Notes under the pieces: generated by a model
Told to the model about the DNA's origin: nothing
What the model saw: only the letters and a program-made list of their open reading frames with translations
Database searches by the model: none
Shown: positions 31,716 through 36,154 of the stretch, in pieces
How positions within the stretch are numbered: position 1 is the first letter of the stretch
How the letters are laid out: every line of letters begins with the position of its first letter
Made by a program: the position numbers and the translations under genes
From: Candidatus Omnitrophota bacterium
GTDB lineage: Bacteria; Omnitrophota; Gorgyraeia; Duberdicusellales; 4484-171
Direction of reading: 5' to 3'
Length of the DNA: 36,154 nt
Assembly (NCBI GenBank): GCA_028717025.1
Contig: JAQUOR010000001.1
Location: forward strand, 1-36,154

Positions 31716-32423
31716 CTAATATCCGATAAAGCTTTCGGTCTTTATGCGCGAAGGCTCTAACCCCAACTCGAGAGATATATTTTTCATCGCGGTGACCATT
31801 GCCGGGGGACCAAAAATAAAGAACATCCTCTCGGCAGCATCATCCATATTGGCCGCTATCAAGTCTTTATCGATTGTTCCAAAAAGACAGCTGGTATCTT
31901 TGGGTTGACAGGAAGTAACCGTATAGATTACTTTTATATTGCAATGATTCTTGCGCCAGGAATCGAGTTCTTTTTTAAACGCAATTTCTTCCGTACGATT
32001 CGAATAAAAAAGCAGCACGTCGGTACCCAACGATTTCTCAATAATGTATTCAAGGATGGAAATTACCGGCGTAATACCTATGCCGCCGATTAAAAAACAA
32101 ATCTTCTTGTATTCGTCTTTGAACACACAGGAACCCATCGGTGCATTGACTAAGACCTCATCTCCTGCCTTAAGAGCCCGTAATTGTTTCGAAAAATCAC
32201 TTTCGCTTAACCGCTTAGTCACCTCGATGTACTCTTTCGTGGGCGAGCTGGAAAAAGAAAGATATTTATTTAAACCTTTATTTCCCCTGACGCCTCTGTC
32301 AAATATAACCTGCATAAATTGACCGGCGATAAAGTCTATTTTTACTGGGGACGAAAAACGAAAGCTCTCTGTTGCGGACGTCCGCGGTACCCTTTCTACA
32401 AACTTTACATACACTTCTTTCAT
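31716..32423 (-). CDS. ferredoxin-NADP reductase-like FAD/NAD(P)-binding oxidoreductase
   Basis: It has an FAD-binding beta-barrel (RFSSPVKIDFIAGQFMQV, KYLSFSSSP) and an NAD(P) motif (LIGGIGITP). Its start overlaps the ldh stop (ATGA, 32420-32423). Confidence 0.8.
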   Translation of the reverse strand: MKEVYVKFVERVPRTSATESFRFSSPVKIDFIAGQFMQVIFDRGVRGNKGLNKYLSFSSSPTKEYIEVTKRLSESDFSKQLRALKAGDEVLVNAPMGSCVFKDEYKKICFLIGGIGITPVISILEYIIEKSLGTDVLLFYSNRTEEIAFKKELDSWRKNHCNIKVIYTVTSCQPKDTSCLFGTIDKDLIAANMDDAAERMFFIFGPPAMVTAMKNISLELGLEPSRIKTESFIGY

Positions 32424-33361
32424 AAACCCACCTTTTGTATAATTTTCTTAATCACTGCTGCGGATTGGTGTAAATTCTCAACCTCTTCAGGATTGAGAGC
32501 GAGTTTTAACGTTTCCCTTACTCCTTTTTTATTAACCACCGCGGGCAAACTCATGTAGACATCGTTTACCCGATAATAATCGTGTACGAGGCACGAAACA
32601 GGCAAAATAGAATTTTCATTTTTTAAAATTGCCTCGGTAATACGGGTCAATGCCAGACCGATTCCATAAGAAGTTTCGCCTTTACGCTCAATGATCTTAT
32701 ACGCGAAATCCCGCACCGCTTCAAAAATGTGCTTAAGGCGGTCTTTGTGATCGCAGCGTTCGCACTGGACACAATAATCACTCAAAAGGGTTCCTCCTAT
32801 TAATGCGCTGCTAAAGACAGGGAATTCGCTGTCGCCGTGTTCTCCTAAAATATACGCATGAATATTACGCGCATCGATGTTGCAATGCCTGGATAAAAGA
32901 AAACGCAGCCGCGCACTGTCCAAAACGGTCCCGGAACCGATAACCTCCTGGTATTTTTTACCTGAAATCTTATACGCAGCATAGGAAAGCACATCAACCG
33001 GATTGGTGACGATGAGCAAAAGCGCTTCGCCCGCATATTTGACTATTCGGGGGATGATGTTTTTAAAAATCGCCACATTATCCTTTACCAGCTCCATCCT
33101 TCCCTGGCCGGGCGTTTGTTTCTTCCCCGCCGTGATAACTACTAAATCTGAATCTTTCATGTCCGGATAATCTCCGGCGAATATTTCAACCGGCGAAAGG
33201 TACGGCATGCCGGAAGCCAGGTCCATCACCTCTCCTTCGGCGCGTTTCATATCCGAATCTATCATGACAATAGACCTGCTTGCGCCGCTTTGCATCAGGC
33301 TATAGGCGTACCTCACTCCTACATTGCCTGCGCCGATGATGGAAACTTTTGGTTTAAGCAT
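32420..33361 (-). CDS. ldh: L-lactate dehydrogenase
   Basis: Motifs seen: KVSIIGAGNVG, ITAGKKQTPGQGRMEL (Gln at the LDH/MDH discriminator position), GTVLDSARLR and GEHGDSEFP. Confidence 0.85.
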   Translation of the reverse strand: MLKPKVSIIGAGNVGVRYAYSLMQSGASRSIVMIDSDMKRAEGEVMDLASGMPYLSPVEIFAGDYPDMKDSDLVVITAGKKQTPGQGRMELVKDNVAIFKNIIPRIVKYAGEALLLIVTNPVDVLSYAAYKISGKKYQEVIGSGTVLDSARLRFLLSRHCNIDARNIHAYILGEHGDSEFPVFSSALIGGTLLSDYCVQCERCDHKDRLKHIFEAVRDFAYKIIERKGETSYGIGLALTRITEAILKNENSILPVSCLVHDYYRVNDVYMSLPAVVNKKGVRETLKLALNPEEVENLHQSAAVIKKIIQKVGL

Positions 33362-33767
33362 TTTTTTTCCTGCATTGTTTACATACGCCGTAAAAATATC
33401 CGTGACACTCTTCTATGATATTGCCCTCTATTTCTCTTCTCTCTATCGTCTGACAAAACGGCATGGCAATATCGCTGACCCTTTCACATTTCGTGCAATA
33501 GAAATGGTGATGCACGTCTGTCCGCGCCTCAAAAGATGCTTTGTCGGGGACGATCCTTACTTCGCTCACCAGGCCTTTGTGCCGCAATACAAAGAGCACC
33601 GCATAAATGGTACCCAATGAGACTGCGGGGAATTTCCTTTTAACTTCCTCAAAAATCCTTTCCACGGTAAGATGTTCTCTGTTTTTCCTTAAAAGCTCAA
33701 ATACCGCTATCCTTTGCGCAGTGATCTTTACCCCTTTTTCTTTTAAGAGCCGGATGCATTCCTTCAT
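33354..33767 (-). CDS. Fur-family metalloregulator (Fur/PerR/Zur type)
   Basis: Winged-helix motif ITAQRIAVFELL, metal site HHHFYCTKC and a second CxxC (CKQC). It overlaps the ldh start by 8 nt. Confidence 0.88.
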   Translation of the reverse strand: MKECIRLLKEKGVKITAQRIAVFELLRKNREHLTVERIFEEVKRKFPAVSLGTIYAVLFVLRHKGLVSEVRIVPDKASFEARTDVHHHFYCTKCERVSDIAMPFCQTIERREIEGNIIEECHGYFYGVCKQCRKKNA

Positions 33768-33776
33768 GGTATCTAA

Positions 33777-33805
33777 AGGATACCACAGGTATTACATTTT
33801 GTCAA
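33777..33805 (-). promoter_or_regulatory. promoter TTGACA-N17-TATCCT abutting the fur-family start
   Basis: On the minus strand the -35 is at 33805-33800 and the -10 at 33782-33777. Nine nt separate the -10 from ATG 33767 and there is no SD. Confidence 0.55.
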
Positions 33806-33819
33806 GAATTATTCCTAAG

Positions 33820-33834
33820 TAGTAATCATTATTG
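33820..33834. promoter_or_regulatory. Fur/PerR-box-like 7-1-7 inverted repeat TAGTAAT-C-ATTATTG
   Basis: It matches 10 of 14 positions of the TGATAAT-N-ATTATCA consensus. It lies in the divergent fur/pncC control region, just upstream of the fur -35. Confidence 0.5.
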
Positions 33835-33855
33835 CCTTTTATCTGGGTAATTTTT

Positions 33856-33864
33856 TGCTACAAT
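33856..33864 (+). promoter_or_regulatory. extended -10 element TGCTACAAT for pncC operon
   Basis: It lies 20 nt upstream of ATG 33884, which has a GAGG RBS. No good -35 is seen. Confidence 0.4.
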
Positions 33865-33883
33865 AGAGTTACTGAGGTTTATA

Positions 33884-34360
33884 ATGAAAACACCCGAAAA
33901 TGTTATACAATTGCTAAAAAGGAAAAAAATCACCATTTCCCTGGTAGAATCCTGCACTGCCGGATACGCCTCTTACCTGTTAACTAAAGTTCCCGGTTCT
34001 TCCAAGGTTTTTAAGGGGGGCATTATACCGTACACTCTTGAAGTAAAGAATAAATTCTTCAAAATACCCCTTCCTCTTTTAAAGAAAACTCAAGGGGTAT
34101 CCTCTTCCATCGCGCTGGTCCTTGCTCGAGATATTCTAAAATTATGCAAAAGCGATGTCGGAGCATCCGTAGTTGGTTTTGCCGGTCCCGGTGCAAGGAT
34201 GGGAATAAAAGCAGGAACAATTTTTATCGCCGTATGCAGCAAGGCTAAAGCACGTGTAAAAAAAATAATCATTAAAGGGAACCGCGATATGGTCCGGAAA
34301 AGAGCAAGTATGCTGCTTTTGGCTTTTGTTTACGAAAGCATCAAAAAGGAGAGCATATGA
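33884..34360 (+). CDS. pncC: nicotinamide-nucleotide amidohydrolase (CinA C-terminal domain, PncC)
   Basis: The motif ITISLVESCTAGYASYLLTKVPGSSKVFKGGIIPY is typical of CinA-C. 158 aa. Confidence 0.88.
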   Translation: MKTPENVIQLLKRKKITISLVESCTAGYASYLLTKVPGSSKVFKGGIIPYTLEVKNKFFKIPLPLLKKTQGVSSSIALVLARDILKLCKSDVGASVVGFAGPGARMGIKAGTIFIAVCSKAKARVKKIIIKGNRDMVRKRASMLLLAFVYESIKKESI

Positions 34361-35127
34361 ATGCACTGTTAAAAAAAATTATTCTTATAGGCATAAGCAT
34401 AGTCCTTTCTGGTACATGCGTGCCGGGCTATTCCAAAGAACCGCAGAATCAAAAAAATGAATTTAAAGAAAATTTTGCTTTTAAAGCTCGCGAGCTCATT
34501 AAAGAAGGAAAAACAACAGAAGCAGAAAAAATACTTAAAGATGCTATTGCGGGTATGCCGCAAGGTTGGCGGCCGATACATGACTTGCCTGGTCGGATAA
34601 CAATTGTATGTTGGAACGAAGAAGAATTCCTGGCTTACGCACGCTACAATGAAAAACTGCGACAGCCAAAAAAGATCATTTGGATGGAAGGGCCTTCCTA
34701 TTCTCAAACCCTGTATCTGCTTGGATTCATCGCGGTCGAGAAGAAAAATTTTAAGGACGCAATTATCTATTTTGATAACGCAATAGCGCTGGAACCGGAC
34801 CACCCCACGCTTCTATGCGAAAAAGCATTTACGCTGCGCACAATGGGACACAACGAAGAAGCATATAATCTTTATATGAAAGCGCTCGACATCCGCCCCT
34901 GGGCACTCCCTCATCAGCGCGCGGTTGCGTTACGGGGCGCGGGATTTGCTCTTACCGAACTTAACCGGCTTGCTGAAGCAGAAACACTCTATAAAAAATC
35001 TCTTGAGCTAGAACCGGGTAACGATATCGCCCTTCATGAGCTTGAGTATATTAAACACTTAAAATCCGGCGGTTCAGCGTACGGTACAAAAACCGTGGTA
35101 ACCGAACCCGCTATAAACAATAAATAG
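34357..35127 (+). CDS. secreted TPR-repeat protein
   Basis: It has a signal peptide (ILIGISIVLSGTC) and TPR-like repeats (YLLGFIAVEKKNFKDAIIYFDNAIALEPD, EEAYNLYMKALDIRP, AEAETLYKKSLELEPGN). ATGA overlap with pncC. Confidence 0.75.
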   Translation: MNALLKKIILIGISIVLSGTCVPGYSKEPQNQKNEFKENFAFKARELIKEGKTTEAEKILKDAIAGMPQGWRPIHDLPGRITIVCWNEEEFLAYARYNEKLRQPKKIIWMEGPSYSQTLYLLGFIAVEKKNFKDAIIYFDNAIALEPDHPTLLCEKAFTLRTMGHNEEAYNLYMKALDIRPWALPHQRAVALRGAGFALTELNRLAEAETLYKKSLELEPGNDIALHELEYIKHLKSGGSAYGTKTVVTEPAINNK

Positions 35128-35128
35128 T

Positions 35129-35677
35129 ATGCGCCTCTTTATTGCCTTAAGCATCCCACAAGAGATCAAAGAATCAGTGGTAGAAACGCTCACGCCCCTT
35201 AAACACCTTATCCTTGATGCAAAATGGGTGGAGCTTAAAAACATTCATGTCACGTTGAAATTTTTAGGCGAGACTCCGGAAGAACTGCTTGAGAAGATTA
35301 AAACCATTATGCAGCAAATTGCAGATGGTTTTCACCCTGTTAATGCGCAACTGACAGAATTTGGTTTTTTCCCTGATGCCAGAAGACCGCGGGTTTTCTT
35401 TATCGCCATGGATAATGAGGCGATTTTAAAACGCCTGGCCGATACATTGGAAGAAAATTTAAAAAAATTGGGATTTGAAAAAGAAGATCGCTTCCAGGCA
35501 CACGCGACGCTCGCGCGTTTTAAAACATTCCGGAACAATGATGTGTTTGCGCAAACACTTAAAAGCATCCATGTTGCGGGAGGCTTTCCCATATCTTCAA
35601 TGACCCTTTTTAAAAGCACCCTGGGCCCTGCAGGCCCTGCCTACCAAGAATTATTCACGGCGCATTTTAAAAGGTAA
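35129..35677 (+). CDS. thpR: RNA 2',3'-cyclic phosphodiesterase (2H phosphoesterase, LigT/ThpR)
   Basis: It has the two HxT motifs, HVTLKF and HATLAR. It starts 1 nt after the preceding stop. Confidence 0.88.
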   Translation: MRLFIALSIPQEIKESVVETLTPLKHLILDAKWVELKNIHVTLKFLGETPEELLEKIKTIMQQIADGFHPVNAQLTEFGFFPDARRPRVFFIAMDNEAILKRLADTLEENLKKLGFEKEDRFQAHATLARFKTFRNNDVFAQTLKSIHVAGGFPISSMTLFKSTLGPAGPAYQELFTAHFKR

Positions 35678-36146
35678 AACCGGAAATTTTGAGGATGACC
35701 CTGACTGCCTGGAGAATGCAATTGGCGTAGATACCTGCCACCACATCGTCGCCGACAATGCCCTTTGCACCGGGAAATTTTTCCAGTTTGTTGGCGGGAG
35801 GAATTTTTACCAGATCAAGCGCCCGGAAAAGAAAAAAGGCGACAATAATGAATTGTGCATTGCGAGGCGTAAATAACAACGTAATCATCATTCCTGAAAA
35901 ATCATCGATGACTATTTTTTTACTGTCTTTTTCGCCGTATATGCGCTCCGCACGGCTGCTACAAGCATAGGAAAGGACAACGGCACCAGCGGCAGCAATT
36001 AAAAAATAAAATTGGCTTTTTATAAGCACAAAGACAAGGACTGCGACAACGCAGGCCCACGTACCGGAAGCGAAAGGCAGGTAACCTACCCCGCATACGC
36101 TGGTAATCGTCAAACAAATCTTATCGCTAAGCGTTAATTGCTTCAT
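35667..36146 (-). CDS. pgpA: phosphatidylglycerophosphatase A
   Basis: Motifs seen: GVGYLPFASGTWACVVAV and IDDFSGMM, in a 159-aa membrane protein. Its 3' end overlaps thpR by 11 nt (convergent). Confidence 0.85.
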   Translation of the reverse strand: MKQLTLSDKICLTITSVCGVGYLPFASGTWACVVAVLVFVLIKSQFYFLIAAAGAVVLSYACSSRAERIYGEKDSKKIVIDDFSGMMITLLFTPRNAQFIIVAFFLFRALDLVKIPPANKLEKFPGAKGIVGDDVVAGIYANCILQAVRVILKISGFTF

Positions 36147-36154
36147 TGTTATCC

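Noticed and set aside
34369-34803. 144-aa antisense ORF. Similar long shadow ORFs occur at 5237-5647, 6702-7040, 9434-9748, 24545-24904, 26012-26350 and 21834-22157.
   Set aside because: Each lies entirely or mostly opposite a confidently identified gene. Their composition is low-complexity or Arg/Ser/Leu-biased, as is typical of antisense frames, and none has an RBS.
1-36154. Mobile elements, prophage or genomic-island signatures, and tRNA genes.
   Set aside because: I saw no integrase, transposase, recombinase or phage-like genes. No tRNA-like T-arm (GGTTCGAATCC-type) motif occurs in intergenic DNA. Apart from the small 28.9-29.2 kb G+C-rich patch, there are no long flanking direct repeats or abrupt compositional blocks.

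Overview
This is a moderately AT-rich chromosomal segment from a diderm-type bacterium (lpxA is present). I call 34 protein-coding genes, 28 on the minus strand. By eye I found no rRNA or tRNA genes, CRISPR arrays, transposases or integrases. Gene blocks in order: (1) a pyruvate/aspartate-family amino-acid block, ilvC-ilvN-ilvB, a TPR protein, then citramalate-synthase-type LeuA homologue, aspartate kinase, CstA transporter and an ApgM-like metalloenzyme. (2) trmI, convergent with an amrS (AmmeMemoRadiSam radical SAM)-lpxA pair joined by an ATGA overlap. (3) A two-gene plus-strand module: a membrane-anchored protein with a Lys-rich tail, translationally coupled to a ParA/MinD-type ATPase carrying a C-terminal CBM48/AMPK-beta-like glycogen-binding module. 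I consider this the most interesting candidate system (alpha-glucan/glycogen positioning). (4) ACT protein, GH1 glycosidase, a cNMP-domain/P-loop/patatin lipase and a secreted protein. (5) A DUF2934 protein, three different GH57 alpha-glucan enzymes and DUF4912. (6) A roughly 0.5-kb non-coding island containing duplicated promoters and tandem hairpin modules that show compensatory base changes. (7) GIDE-LemA. (8) A Fur-family regulator, ldh, an FNR-like flavoprotein, then NifU-like and Cys-rich proteins. (9) pncC-TPR-thpR, convergent with pgpA. Two general features stand out. Intergenic regions are filled with hairpins built from short repeated words, and several operon-first genes have sigma70-like promoters that abut the start codon, so they appear leaderless. 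All functional calls come from motif recognition by eye and none was confirmed by a database search.
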